Notes: generated by a model not told the origin, from the letters alone. Counted from the first letter of the stretch, positions 13,602 to 28,321 are shown. The stretch is 64,000 nucleotides of DNA from Octopus vulgaris (GCA_951406725.2 OX597828.1:43400001-43464000); one strand, 5' to 3'. Program-made: numbers and translations.

Positions 13602-14764
13602 ATCTCTGTCTATCTAAAGAAATATATTTATCTATCTATCTATCTATCTATCTATCTCTTTATCCATCTCTCTATGTATGTATATACTATGTATGTATGT
13701 ATGTATCTATCTATCTATCTATCTATCCATATATCTATCTATCTTATGATTGGACCAGGCAAAATATCGGGTGGGTTGTGTTGATTTAGGGACCAAGTTT
13801 CTTTTTCGACAGCTTTGCTCCCATGATATAGATATATAGATAGATAGATAAATATATATTTTTCTTGCATGCATGCTCGCATACATACACACACACAAAC
13901 AGAGTTTCATAGAGTTTCATATAGGGTTATTTATTGTACACGTGACAAAATATTCAGTGTCTATCTTAGTATTTCGTGTTCAAATCATGCCGAAGTCGTC
14001 TTTGCCTTTCATCTTTTCGAGTTCCATAAATTAAGTGCCAGATGCGTACTGGGGTCTATTTAATCAACTGGCTCCCCACCTTAAATTGCTGACTTTGTGG
14101 CTACATGAGAGAAGATTATTATTATTGTTATTGTTGTTATTATTATTATTATTATTATTATTAAGCCTCGTGGAGCTTTTAGGTGTTTTCGCTCAATAAA
14201 CACTCACAACGCCCGGTCTGGGAATCGAAACCGCGATTCTATGACCGCGAGTCCTAACCACTGGACCATTGCGCCTCCTGTTTCAAACTAGTGAGGAAGA
14301 GAGTATATTTCAACAATAAAAAAAAAAAACAGACCCTCAAGGTTTTTTTCTTTTTGTGTGTGTGTGTGAAGGTTTTCTCTTAAACAATGCACGAGGCTAA
14401 CGTAGCGTATGGGACTACAAAAAAGGTAAAGAATGGGCCAACAAATTCAAAAGGTGGCGATTGATTCAATATCACTGGAGCCGAGGAGGGCAATACCACA
14501 GAAGTGAGTTACAGAGATCGGCAGTTCGAGTAATGTAGCTGTTAAAATGAAAAGACTTTTAACTAACACAAAGGTGAATGGAGAAACAATGCGCCTGGGA
14601 AGGGGGACGGATGACACGTTTAGGGGTCATGCTCTAATATGAGACAAAAACTCCCTAAACTAAGGATCTGGGATCTCTAACTCTAAATAACACATTCGTG
14701 AATTATGTCGCAGATGTTACCAGTGAAGCGGCGTAGATTAATATATTGCTTGGAGACTTAGTAC

Positions 14765-15176
14765 GTATGCATGTATGTATGCATGTATGTATGCATGTAT
14801 GTATGTATGTATGTATGTATGTATGTATGTATGTATGTATGTATGCATGTATGTATGTATGTATGTATGTATGTATGTATGTATGTATGTATGTATGTAT
14901 GTATTTATGTATGTATGTATGTATGTATGTATGTATGTATGTATGTATGTATGTATGTATGTATGTATGTGTGTATGTATGTATGTATGTGTGTATGTGT
15001 GTATGTGTGTATGTATGTATGTATGTATGTACGAATGTATGTGCGTATATATATATATATATATATATATGTATGCATACATTCATATAAATATAAATAT
15101 ATATATATAGAGAGATATATATATATATAAATATATATACATATATATATATACATATATATATATACAATTCTAT

Positions 15177-15214
<38 letters not shown>

Positions 15215-15297
15215 TTATGCATATATATTTATATATATATATACATATATATAAATATATACATGTATACACACACACACATACATACATACATACA

Positions 15298-15333
<36 letters not shown>

Positions 15334-15350
15334 CATGTATACACATATAT
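14765..15350. repeat. (TATG)n/(TA)n/(CATA)n compound microsatellite
   Basis: Read directly from the sequence. Confidence 0.95.
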
Positions 15351-16060
15351 ATATCTGTGTGGGCACATGGTTTGGTGGTTAGGGTGTTGCATTCGCGATC
15401 ACGAGGTCGCTGTTTCAGTTCCTAGACCGGCAGGCGCGTTCTGTTCTCGATCAAAACGCTTCGCCTTACGTTTATTTTTCTGCGGTCACTTCGCTTCCTG
15501 GCGCACCTAGGTACATCGCATATCTTTTCAGGCAACGTCGATTTGGCAGAGAGAGTGAGCTAATGAGCGGCACATACTCTTGACAACTACAAACAAATCA
15601 TTTTTGCAGGTCGGTTGGTAACAGCTGGACTCTCAAACGTTGTCTTCGAAGGGAGAGTCCATCATGTCTTTTGGTATCTAAATAGCTTTTTTACTTTGAA
15701 AATTATAAGGGTAGAAAATTCAGAGAAATTTTCCCCCGGTGGCCAGCATGTATATTATAAAGTCAATACACCACATATTTTTCATATAAAAGAGGTAACC
15801 TTTAACAAGACACATTACATGCTAGAAAGGGCAGTTAAAGCCCACACCACGATTAAGAGTAATTTCAAAGGTAATATTCTTATTTTTCATTCCATTTGAA
15901 ATTTCTCTTAGTACTGTGTTTTTGTATCAGTCTTTTATTTATCACTGTGCGTATTTTAAGCCATGTATTTTTAATTTCAGTTCATCCACTCTCAAGGAAA
16001 TGACGGTCAACTCTCAACAGGGCATCGTATATCTTCCCCGTCGTACAGAACTTCGCCATA

Positions 16061-16119
16061 TTATAAGCGCTGTATAACGGTACTCCGAATGTGTTTGATA
16101 GCTCTTCCAAATCTTGTGG
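16061..16119 (-). CDS. Candidate terminal coding exon (P)TRFGRAIKHIRSTVIQRL*
   Basis: Acceptor tcatttctgttttag; phase-1 join to 18756-18880; resembles a GPCR helix 8. Confidence 0.4.
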
Positions 16120-16712
16120 CTAAAACAGAAATGATTAGCCCCATCATCATCATCATCATCATCATCAGCATCAGCATCAGCATCTTCATCATCGATACCA
16201 TCATTCTTGCATTATCGTCGTAGTCGTCATGTTTTAGCGGTCAAGTCCGTTGCCGCAGCTGTAGTCATTTATGTTGTCGTCGTCGTCGTCGACGACGTCA
16301 CATGACCATGATCATCATCATCAAATACCGCCATTATCGGTCCAAAATATCAGAGCTGTTTAGTAACACAAGCATGTCAAATAAATTATAGATCGTCATT
16401 TCTCATGCAAGAATATACAAACATACACATACGCACATATACCCACGAACACGCGTGCACACACACACTCACACACACACATACACTCACAGCCACACAC
16501 TCATGTCTTATACAGGCGCACATGCATATATACATATAGTTACAAGTGTGTGTGCGCGTATATATGTATAAAAGTATATATACATACACACACGGATACA
16601 CACATACTCACACATACAGATATATACATAAATTCGTAGCGACACTATAACATATTATAAACGGATAAGTTTTTATCTAATAGATACATACATGCATACA
16701 CACATACATGTG

Positions 16713-16769
<57 letters not shown>

Positions 16770-17161
16770 CCGTATGTGTGTGTCCGTACGTGTGAGTATG
16801 TATGTATATATATATATATATATATATATACCTCTATACATGTTTCACGCGCACATATATTTTTGCACGCAGATGCACAAGTGCCCGTGTTTATGCACAC
16901 ATTTGCATAAAATTTCACTCACACACATCCATGTATATATACACACTCACTCGAAGATATATATATGCATATGCACATATGCGCCATGAGTGCAAGGGGT
17001 TGAGTCGGCACCTTGATTGACAAGTTGAGCTAAAATATGTATTAATGTTTACAAACATTATCGCAGTTAAATGCTTGGTTTCCGGAAATAGATTAACCAA
17101 AGACTACGAGTTTTCGTCTCTGGTTTGTTTTGCTGCCCAACGGTGTATAGACCTAGTCCCA

Positions 17162-17217
<56 letters not shown>

Positions 17218-17528
17218 CTCTCTCTCTCTCTTTCTCTCTCACACACACACATACACATACGTGCGCGCGTGCACACACTCTAATGTATATACATACACGC
17301 AAATACATACATGCATTTGTAGACACGCACACATATACTTACACACACATACAGATACAAAATCTCATACACTTAGACACGCAAACACGCGCACAAGTAT
17401 GTACACAGGCACACTCGCACTCACACACACACACACTCGCACTCACACACACATACTCACACGCAGACATATTCAGAGGTGCATATGCTCACAAAATATA
17501 GTCATTCACTCTTTTATACACACACACA

Positions 17529-17592
<64 letters not shown>

Positions 17593-18755
17593 TATCTACG
17601 CACATATAGGCACTCTCCCGCACTCATTTATCTGCTGAGTGACCACACAAACCATATAGAGACACACTCATAGATAAATACCCACATATACATACGCATA
17701 AACAACCCCTACTCTCTCTCTCTCTCTGTCTCTGTCTGTTTCTCTCTTTCTGTATGTGTGTTCCTCTCCCCTGTCTCTCACTCTATGTCTCTCTCTATGT
17801 GTTTCTTTCCCTCCCCTTCTCTCTCTATCTCTCTCTCTCTCCCTGTATACCTCTCAGTCTCTCCTTCGCCCTTTATTTTCCCTTCATATATGTGTTTTCT
17901 TTATAAACATCTCTCCCACTTTCTTTCCGTCTTTTGGGTTTCCTTGTGGATGTGCATAGATGAAAATTTATGCGTAAAAGATGAGGGTAGGTGTGTATAT
18001 TTTTGTTTGCATAAATGTATATTGCAGTGTTTTTGTGTAGCATTTGACGCTATACATATATTTACACGTGCAATTATGATTAAAGTCAGGTCTTTGAAAC
18101 AGCTCTCCATCATTCATTAAACTGATGCCTGCCTGCCTGCCTACCCGACAGCCTGCCTTGCCTGTTTGCCTCCCTGCTTGCTGCCCTACATAGCTCCCTG
18201 CCCAATCACTGTCCCTGTTCTGTCCAAACCTATAAAAAACCCAGGATGACATGTAAGTGTTTTATTTCTTAATAAAAGCAACAATCAAGTGTTTTCCTTG
18301 AATGACGGGCGTTTATTTTACACGTAATCAAAAACGTGTGTCGTTGTGGTTGTGTGTTCCCTGAGTGTGTATGTGCGCATGTACTTGTGTTGCATTTGTA
18401 TTGTGTTGTTATTAATCTTTTTGATTGATATATGTATCTGTGGGTCTGTTTATACAGTGCATGTGTGTGTATTCGTATGGAGAAAAGTGCGTATGTATGT
18501 GAAAACGAGCTTCCATTTGTTTATTCGCATCCATATTAGCGAGTTCGGGTGATGCTTGCAGTTAGTTAATACTGACGTCAGCCAGCTTCAACAGAAGACT
18601 GCAATTTCGATATCTGACTCTCGAACGTATGTGACTGGCTAACAAAGTGTACTTCTACAACGTAGCCTAAATTATAAACACCTAGCTCTAAAATCCTTCA
18701 TATATTACTGTCTTCTGCAACAGAAGGAAATGTTATGCAATATGGTCCTACATAC

Positions 18756-18880
18756 GTAAAACGACCGGGATCGTCGTGGCCGGAACAGCAGCGATCATAT
18801 ATCTGGTTACCCAGCGACATGAACAATACCAATAGAGATCATGAGACAATGGTGACTTGCATGCAACAAGGTCATTCGAA
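18756..18880 (-). CDS. Candidate exon SNDLVACKSPLSHDLYWYCSCRWVTRYMIAAVPATTIPVVL (ECL3/TM7-like)
   Basis: Acceptor ccatctcttgcag, donor gtatgt; only one frame is open (phase 2 in, phase 1 out). Confidence 0.45.
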
Positions 18881-19077
18881 CTGCAAGAGATGGCATTAGA
18901 CTTACAACATCTAGTTTACCGTAATCACAGAAGATCGCAGCCATATTGTATTTGCCTATATGCTTGCCTATTTAGTATACAGGCGCCATATTGCCACCAT
19001 GAAAATGGGTGGATATCGTACATGCGTATACACACATATACACAGACGCACGCACACAACACACACACATGCGCGCG

Positions 19078-19118
<41 letters not shown>

Positions 19119-19475
19119 GTATATATATATATATACACACACACGAATATTTATCTATGTATCTATCTATCTATCTATCTATATGTGTGCGTGTGTGCGT
19201 GTGAGTGTGTGAGTGTGTGTGTGTGTACTTGCGTGTAGGACCTACTGGTTAGTGTGTTGCATTCAGGGACTCTAGATCGTGGGTAAGATTCACAGACCGT
19301 GAGTTGTGTAGTGTTCTTGAAGAAAACACTTCATTTCTGTCAGCGGGTGAATGTTGGCCTCCACAATTAGCCAAGAAAAATTAGCGTCATTCGAAATTTA
19401 AAACGATATAAAGCGTATTGTTTTAGTTATCTGCTACGCTGGTCGGTCACGTGAACACACATACACACAGACACA

Positions 19476-19533
<58 letters not shown>

Positions 19534-19534
19534 A

Positions 19535-19740
19535 ATACAACACGGAATTTTGTCAGTGAACAGGTCGCGGTCTCAAAGGGACGAAAATATTTTGGCAAAT
19601 TAAATTTACATGCTGAAGTAAATCTAACGGTTTTGTGTGTTTCTCAAATGGCTTACAAACACCTTCCACGCTGCAATTGTTTTCGTTCCAGCACACGATC
19701 TCAGATCAGGTCACTTGCTATGCAAGTACATCTCCGTAAT
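19535..19740 (+). mobile_element. ~200-bp pLTR-like element flanked by (TA)n
   Basis: Second copy at 51021-51276; carries a hammerhead variant. Confidence 0.8.
19549..19599 (+). ncRNA. Type-I hammerhead, G3-C8 variant with an extra nucleotide after A9
   Basis: tttgtca | GTGAACA g | gtcgc(ggtctcaaa)gggac | GAAA | atat TT | tggcaaa; 7-bp stem I; palindromic stem III AATATT; one stem II mismatch in this copy. Confidence 0.65.
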
Positions 19741-20097
19741 ATATATATATATGTGTGTGTGTATGTGTATGTATATATCTTCCATACATATGAACACTAA
19801 ACTTAAATGCAGACAGGCATATTCACAAATATGTGTGAACATACGTCCATGCTAATATATATATCAATAGCATAATTAGTATTACTTTGACAAGGGTCTG
19901 TTGACCCTTAATTCAACAACCTCCACTTTTGGAGGAAGAGACGATGTCAGTCGTCTTCTCCCAACCTACGACCATAGCAGTTTGACCTATTTCACGAAAG
20001 AAATATGTGTGTGTGTGTACTATATGTATATATACATACATGCATACATATATATATATATATATATATACATACACACATACATATATATATACAC

Positions 20098-20128
<31 letters not shown>

Positions 20129-20152
20129 TATATAGATAGATACATACATACA

Positions 20153-20186
<34 letters not shown>

Positions 20187-20189
20187 CAC

Positions 20190-20250
<61 letters not shown>

Positions 20251-20257
20251 TAGAGAG

Positions 20258-20332
<75 letters not shown>

Positions 20333-20741
20333 AGGAGAGACAGAGAGTGGGAGCAAGAATGGAAAACAGTGGTGAGGAGAAATTTTGGTTGACAAATCAA
20401 TAGAAAGTGAGAAAGGTGAAAGAAGTGAAAGCAAAGAACAAACGCGCATTGTATTAATTGTATCGCTGAAAACATACAGGTATGTCGACGTGTCTCTGTA
20501 TGTATATGTGTATGCATGTGTGTGTGTGTGTGTGCGTGTAAGTTTCTGTGTACGCGTATGCATGTATGTATATACATGCACATACATGTATATGTATATA
20601 TCCATATATATATATATGTGTGTTTGTGTGTGCATTCATATATAGTATTATATATGTATATAGGCAATATACACAATGTATATTATTTATCTATCTATAC
20701 ATACATGCATATCTATGTATATATACATATATATATATATC

Positions 20742-20960
<219 letters not shown>

Positions 20961-22254
20961 TATATACGTATGATATATTAGACATATAATTACATATTAT
21001 GTCTGCATATATGAATATATATGACTACCTACATTCATGTATGTATACACATTTGTATATGCATGCGTGTGTGTGTGTGCTTGTCTGTGATACAGGAGAG
21101 CTATAATTACATATAATGTATGCACATCCCACCTCAGTCACTAAGCTTCTCAATCAAAATCCGTTGTAATAACTAGCGAATCATATTTCAATGTTAAAAC
21201 GTGTTGTTTGAAAGCCGCAGCTGGACTACAAAACGATGCGTGCCCCGCAACAGAATGTTTCGTCTTATTTCCGGTTCACGTCTACGGATATGTGGGCTTC
21301 CGTAATAATACGCATACGTCGTAACCTGAATATTTCATCCCTTTTGAGCCACAATAAAATTTGTATATACAGTGTAGATATGATTCAATTCAATTCAATA
21401 CGATAAAAAAATTCTATGCATTATGTATGCATTATTGATCTCAGCGAAATGATTTCAAACTTTTACCCAACGACGCAGCATCGCGGTTTCGATTCCTATA
21501 CCGGGCGTTGTGAGTGTTTATTGAGCTAAAGTACCTAAAGCTTCATGAGGCTCCAGTAAGGGATGGTAGCGAACTCTGCTGTACGTTTTAAACACAAATT
21601 TCTCTCACTCTTTCATTCCTGTTTCTGTTATACCTGTATTTCAAAGGGCCAGCCTTGTCACACTCTGTGTCACGCTGAATCTTCCCGAGATATAGGTGAA
21701 AGGTACACGTGTCTGTGGAGTGCTCAGCGATTTGTACGTTAATTTTACGAGCAGGCTGTTCACTGGATCAGATTAACTGGCACCCTCGTCGTCGTAAGCA
21801 ACGTATGGTCACGATATATGGTGGTTGTCTACTCCCTATGGAGATTTTAACCACCTTTTTTTACATAGAACTTAGATTTATCTTGGCGAGCGATGCGGTT
21901 TTTTGAAACAAGATAATGTTTGACAGAGGCCAACACAGAGTGCATATATCTTGGACAACCAAGAGCTGCAGTTAATTTCTGATCTTTGTGGATCTTAAAA
22001 TGTCGTTTGATGTCACCATTAGATTATTAATATATATATATATATATATACATACATACATACACACATATAAGTATGTATGTATATAGATGTAGGTATA
22101 TATACATCCATACATCCATACATATATATATATACACACACACACACAAACACATATATATATATATATACATTTAGATATACATATATATATATATATA
22201 CATTTATACATAATATATATATATTTACAAATAATATATATATATATGTATATA

Positions 22255-22391
22255 AACAAATCTGTCCGACGAACTGTTTTTAGGATATTTATTTTTGCTG
22301 CTTTTTAATATGTAATACGGCATATTACTCTACCTCTGGTATCCGAGGACAGTTTTTTTACACGTTATTTCGCATTTATGTGCTTACTTCG

Positions 22392-22392
<1 letters not shown>
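22255..22392 (+). mobile_element. Internally deleted relative of the 33600 hammerhead element
   Basis: acaaatctgtccgacgaa[stems II/III missing]...tttgctgctttt; (TA)n on both sides. Confidence 0.45.
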
Positions 22393-22447
<55 letters not shown>

Positions 22448-22839
22448 TTCTTTTACCCATTTACGTTTCTCTTACCCATTTACTTTCCTTTTATTTATCC
22501 ATTTGCTTTTGTCTGTGATTTATACTCTGTGTATACTGGACCTATTAATATAGATATCTTTATATTTGCACATAAAAAGTCACCACCTGAAGGTTTCCAT
22601 CTTTTGCTTTGTCTCGTTTTGCATGTATATATAAACACATATTTTGTAAATTGATGTATTTCATATACATTGGACATTTCATTTGTTTAATTTACTTATC
22701 CGCATAATTGCTTCTGTACTCGCTCACCTCGATCCCTCTCATAGCCTTTCTTTAACTGGATTTGGTAAACGGAAACTGAAAGAAGACCATCGTTTATATA
22801 TGTATGTGTGTGTTTGTGTATATATATATATATATATAT

Positions 22840-22917
<78 letters not shown>

Positions 22918-23408
22918 TTATATAGATATATATAAATGTGTCTGTATGTCTTTGTGCTTGACACCTTCCCCCATAATTTGTCAACCGATGCCGGTGTGAT
23001 TACGTTCTCGTAACCTAGTGGTTTGGCAAAAGATCCAGATACAATAATTACTAGGCTTAAAAAGAATAAGTCCAGGGGTCGATATCTTTGATTAAAACAA
23101 AAAACAACCTTAAATGTGGTGCTCCAGCATGATCGCAGTCAAATGACCGAAACAAGTAAAAGAATAAAAGAATACCCGGGATTAAGGAACGTAATTATTT
23201 GACTCTCGTGAAACAAATACGTTTGCAGGAGAGGAATAAGAAAATTTAAGATGAAAGAATATTGCTTAAGACATTTTTCAAGAGTTTTGGGTAGCTCATC
23301 ACATTACGATATATAATTTAGGACTTCAGCGTAACAGACAACAGTCGACTGTATCTGGAAGAAAATCTGTATTAAATTTCAGTGCTTATACGGTGCCTAA
23401 CACGTGGC

Positions 23409-23886
23409 TTTCATTTGCGTATTTCATAGATTTCCTCTGGTTTAATACAAGACAGTTTCAGTATAGATGGCTTGTTTGTATTTAGAAAATGAATTTTGAT
23501 ATCATATACCAACCAGATAAAAAACTTGGAAGGGATATGCAAACTTGTTGGTCAGGTAAAAATGATCAAATAAGAAGCACCCCACACAGGACAGTTAGCC
23601 GAAACGTTTTTAATAAAAGAAAGTTACATACGTTTCATGAGGACGTCTTTTACGTTTTTACTTGTTTCAGAGGGCGGTCATGCTGGGGCACCTAGTACTT
23701 ATTTCATTTGCGTATTTCATAGATTTCCTCTGGTTTAATACAAGAGTTTCAGTATAGATGGCTTGTTTGTATTTAGAAAATGAATTTTGATATCATATAC
23801 CAACCAGATAAAAAACTTGGAAGGGATATACAAACTTGTTGGTTAGGTAAAAATGATCAAATAAGAGGCACCCCACACAGGACAGT
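23409..23886 (+). repeat. Direct duplication of ~186 bp (23409-23595 and 23702-23886) around a 106-nt insert
   Basis: tttcatttgcg...cacaggacagt occurs twice with a few substitutions and a 2-nt indel. Confidence 0.9.
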
Positions 23887-23888
23887 AC

Positions 23889-23960
23889 GTATATGGTGAA
23901 GTCCAATGGCTGCCTGTCAACAAAACTAGTGCCGGAATATGAGACACGAACAGCTGGACA
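23889..23960 (-). CDS. Candidate exon VQLFVSHIPALVLLTGSHWTSPY (TM6-like)
   Basis: Acceptor ttattgttgttcag, weak donor gtactg; 72 nt, phase 2-2. Confidence 0.4.
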
Positions 23961-24376
23961 CTGAACAACAATAATGCTGGCATTCGGTACATGTATGTGC
24001 ATTTACGTATGCATGTATGCAAGTAATTATGGTTGATCATTTAGGATGGGTGTATGATTCACGATTGTGTGTGTACATAAAAATATATATATATATACAT
24101 ATATACAGACAGACACACACAAACACACGCACATATATATGTATGTACATATATATATCTATATATGTATATATACACACATACACATACATATGTATAT
24201 AAGCCTCCATAATAATCTACAGAGCCATACTTACCAAGTAATGGCTGCAACAAATCAAAGGCGTTTACATATTCTTATATTTCTTGAAAGTGTCAGCTGA
24301 TGCAGAATTATATACGCATATATAGACACAAATACATAAACCGGTAAACATTATATATACGTGTATATATACATAT

Positions 24377-24417
<41 letters not shown>

Positions 24418-24441
24418 CTTATACACAGACACACACACACA

Positions 24442-24500
<59 letters not shown>

Positions 24501-24883
24501 GCATATATATATATGTACATTTTATACATACAGACACACACACGTACAATATATATATATACACACATATATGCATGTACGTATGTGTGTGTGTGTGTGT
24601 GTGTGTAAGTGTATGTAGTGTAACTTATTTCAATTAATTTTAACATCACAGAGAAAAGAAATTTAATATTCACCAAGGCTTGCTCAAATAAAGTTCACGT
24701 AGGCCAAGACGTCTTTTGAGTAAAGCTTTAAACGAGAGAGAAAAAAAATTAAACAAAATCAATGATTTAATTAATTAAATGTACGAAATATGCACAGCTG
24801 TTTGATAAAAGTAAAACGAAATTCATTATAAAATATATATTAAAGGAAATTAAACTGTCAGTATACAATTTAATATAATTATA

Positions 24884-24929
<46 letters not shown>

Positions 24930-25287
24930 TATAAATATTCTCTGAAATGCATGGGCCATTTTCCTATTAGCGTAAATGTTAATAAGCTTTCGTATATTAT
25001 TAAAGTATATAAAACAATCATGTTTATACATGTCCGTCGAGTGTAGGATGCATGGCCTACAAGAATGCACATACGCATACCCAGATGCATATGTGTGTAT
25101 CAATATATACATATACAAGAATTTATATTTACATATGAATATTGATATAAACAAATATATATATATGTACATATATAAATGCGTGTATATATAATTACAT
25201 ATGAGTGTTTATATAAATGTATATATATGCATGTATATATACATATATATATATACATTTATATATATATATATATATGTACATACG

Positions 25288-25353
<66 letters not shown>

Positions 25354-25510
25354 ATGTATTTGGATGTTTGGACTGAAATATGGCAAATTCTGGTGACATG
25401 TAGAAACAGGAATTGAATGATTGAATAACTTTTGCAGCAGCAGATATGTTTTTAAATTCTTGCTGAGTTTTTGCGCATAGGTTTACGGTACGAAATTTTA
25501 TTTTACGCAC

Positions 25511-25603
25511 ACAACACAGACGCCGAATATGATTTCTGGGGAAGATTGCATCGAGGAGGCAAATGCGTGTAATTTGATGGAAAGTTCTAATAGATCCACG
25601 TGC
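25511..25603 (-). CDS. Candidate exon HVDLLELSIKLHAFASSMQSSPEIIFGVCV
   Basis: Acceptor acaaactttcag, donor gtgcgt; 93 nt, phase 2-2. Confidence 0.38.
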
Positions 25604-25767
25604 CTGAAAGTTTGTAACACCAGTATCATATTCGGCGTTTGTGTTTTGTGTGGAAAATAACATTTTGTACCCTAAAAATAATGCTCAAAAACTCATCAAC
25701 TATTTAAAAACGCATCTCAAATGTATATATATATATATTTATATATATATATAAATGTATATATATA

Positions 25768-25886
25768 TTGGCCTGCTCGCTTAGCCAGCGGGTTGGCGTC
25801 ATTCGAAGGCTAAAACAATGCGAACGCATTGTGACCAGCGATGTGTAACAACATCTCATTGTCTGGTCGGTCACGTGATCACGTGA
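25768..25886 (+). mobile_element. Solo 120-bp structured SINE-tail module
   Basis: Reverse-complement copy at 62126-62247; both are flanked by (TA)n. Confidence 0.75.
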
Positions 25887-25919
25887 TATATTTATATATA
25901 CATACATACATGTGAGTGC

Positions 25920-27627
25920 ATTTTCGATATTATTATTATCATTATTAAGGTCTCTGCCTGGAATTGATCTCGGAATCTTAGGGTTAATAACCCGCGCTCT
26001 TAACCACTATGCCATATGCCCGTGGCCAATTATGGATTGAATTTTAGGGTTTTTACATCTAATATTCTCCTATCCTTCGTTAATACTGTTTCCCATACGC
26101 TATTCATATCTCCACTCGGTCTGCTTAGGATGTTGTGTGTCCAAGCATATGTGCTGCTTCTTTTAGTTCTCGCATTTTCCAGTGGTGTTCTCTGTCTATT
26201 ATTTTAACTTTATCCCACAGGGACAGGTGGTCTCCATTTTTCCATACGTGATCAGCTATACCCGATTTATCAATATCGCCCCGTGTCACATCTTTGCGAT
26301 GTACCTCTACCTTTATTTTGAGGGGGCGGCATGTTTCGCCTTTGTATAGCCAACAACACGTGCATGGGATGGAGTACACGCAGTTTTTGGTTATATTCTC
26401 TTCTGTTGGTGGTTTTACTCGAATGAGATATTTGCGAAGTGTTGTATTACTCTTGAATACCATCCTGATGTGATATGGGCCGCATATCTTTTGTATCTTT
26501 TCGGAGAGACCTTTCACATAGGGTAGACAGACTGTGGACATATTGATTTCATCCTCTTTTTTCTTCATAACTGGAGTGGATTATATGTCTTTGGGGTAGC
26601 TGTTGCTTAATAGATTGTTACTAAGCTTTATCATTTCTTCGTGGTGGGTATTACGATCGCTACTTATATTCTTTGCCCGATGTTTTAGGCACTGAGTAAT
26701 CCCTCTCTTTACACTGTATGGATGATGGGAATTGAAGTTGAGGTACCGTCCACTGAAGGTCGGCTTGCGTTATACGTATGTCTTGAATCCATACTTGGTA
26801 CGTGTTATTAATACGTCCAGGAATGCTAGCTGATTTTCTTTTCCCTTTTCCATTCATTGTGAACTGGATGGATGGCTTTATTGAGCTCATATGATCTAAC
26901 AGCACTTAGACATCTTGCTGGTGGGATCCGAGTATAAAGGTGTCATTAACATATCACAGCCATAGGGTTGGTTTTAGTGGTGTTGATCCTAAAGCCAAAT
27001 TCTCAAAGTATTCCATGTATATATTGGTTATTATCAGTGCTAATGGCGAACCCATAGCTACAACCTCTTCCTGTCGATATCGATATATATCAGTGTCCAT
27101 ACCGAAGTAGGTAGTTCTACACAGAAGGTCAACATTTCCATCAAGTTTCTTATTGGTATACTAGTGCGTTCTTTTAGATGGGTGTCTGTCACTAGTTTTT
27201 CTTGTATCACCGATAGTGCTTCACCAGTTGCGACTTTCGTGAACAGATTTATCTAGACACACCTTGTTGGATTCAATGGGGTATCCTTGATCAATTCTGT
27301 GAAGTGGGTGGAATTCTGCACGCACGATGTTGACTTTCCTGCTAATGGACTGATTATATCCACAAGGAAGCGGCTCAGTGGATGACATGCCGAACCTCTA
27401 CAGCTCACTGTAGGTCTTAATGGAATACCATCCTTGTGAATCTTAGGGAGACCGTACATGTGTGATAGTTTATAGTAGTGTTGAGTCAGTTGATATACTT
27501 CATTGGTGTAAAGTGATCCTTGTTCTTGATCAAGATCTGTGACAACTTCCTCTCTGTTTTCAGAGTTGGTTCTTTCTTTACTTTGCTGTAGTTACCATCA
27601 CTTCTAAGGCTTGCCAGTTTTTCAGGG
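25920..27627 (-). mobile_element. Penelope/Poseidon-type PLE, decayed and truncated at both ends
   Basis: YGLPKIHKDGIPLRP, AMGSPL, LPYVKGLSEKI, VYSIPC..YKGET, SGIADH; many frameshifts. Confidence 0.93.
25951..26021 (-). promoter_or_regulatory. tRNA-like module (Pol III A/B boxes) just after the PLE ORF end
   Basis: gggcatatggcatagtggttaagagcgcggg...ccgagatcaattccagg; the same module occurs at 40896-40962. Confidence 0.65.
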
Positions 27628-28233
27628 TATATACATACATACATATATGTGCATATGTACATTTTATTTTGTGGGGGGGAGGGTATAAAATGCTATATAT
27701 ATATGTGGTGGTGCTCCGGCATGACCACGACCGCATGGCTGAAACGAGTAAAAGAGTAATATATGTGTGTATGTGTGTGTGTATGTGTGTGTGTTTGCGT
27801 GTTTGCGTGTGTGCATGTGTATAACATTTTAAACCCGAAATATATGCACAAAAACTAAGCACGAATCTAAAAACATGTGCATAAACAGTAGCAGTGAAGG
27901 AGTTTATTTCATCGAGGTGGGATGAACAGGGCTTCCAGGTCAGTCATTCTCCTTACACCTCTTACAAATTGATTGGCATCACAGTAGCCAAATAATCGGA
28001 GGCCACAACATTAGTTATGGAAGCCGCAGAGAATGCTCCACGTTGTCTGCAAATCAAGTTTGAGCCTGGGGAGGCGCAGTTCTATCAATGGTATTACTAA
28101 GTGGACATAAGCTAGGACTTGATCGACCGCCACGTCCAGACTCGCACATGGTGGAAGATGTGAATCAACAAATGACCACCACTCACCACCAACAAAAATT
28201 TTATTGGCTATGTGTCCTGAGGCATCACCTTAC

Positions 28234-28321
28234 GATGCTTTGAATAACAACAATATATTATTCATTAAACACATTAAACATCTGGCTATAGCAGTGCAAC
28301 CGTAATAATAGATAAGTAGGT
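28234..28321 (-). CDS. Weak candidate exon ...ARCLMCLMNNILLLFKA (second half of TM5; alternative acceptor at 28285)
   Basis: Donor gtaagg; phase 1-2 fits its neighbours; acceptors are weak. Confidence 0.2.

Noticed and set aside
15982-16119. Alternative frame PQDLEELSNTFGVPL... for the terminal exon
   Set aside because: Its phase does not fit the upstream candidate exon; not excluded without RNA data
21200-21325. GC-richer island with a minus-strand acceptor inside the candidate gene
   Set aside because: The required frame stops before any good donor
27890-28200. Possible old LINE 3' relic
   Set aside because: Too degenerate to support by eye
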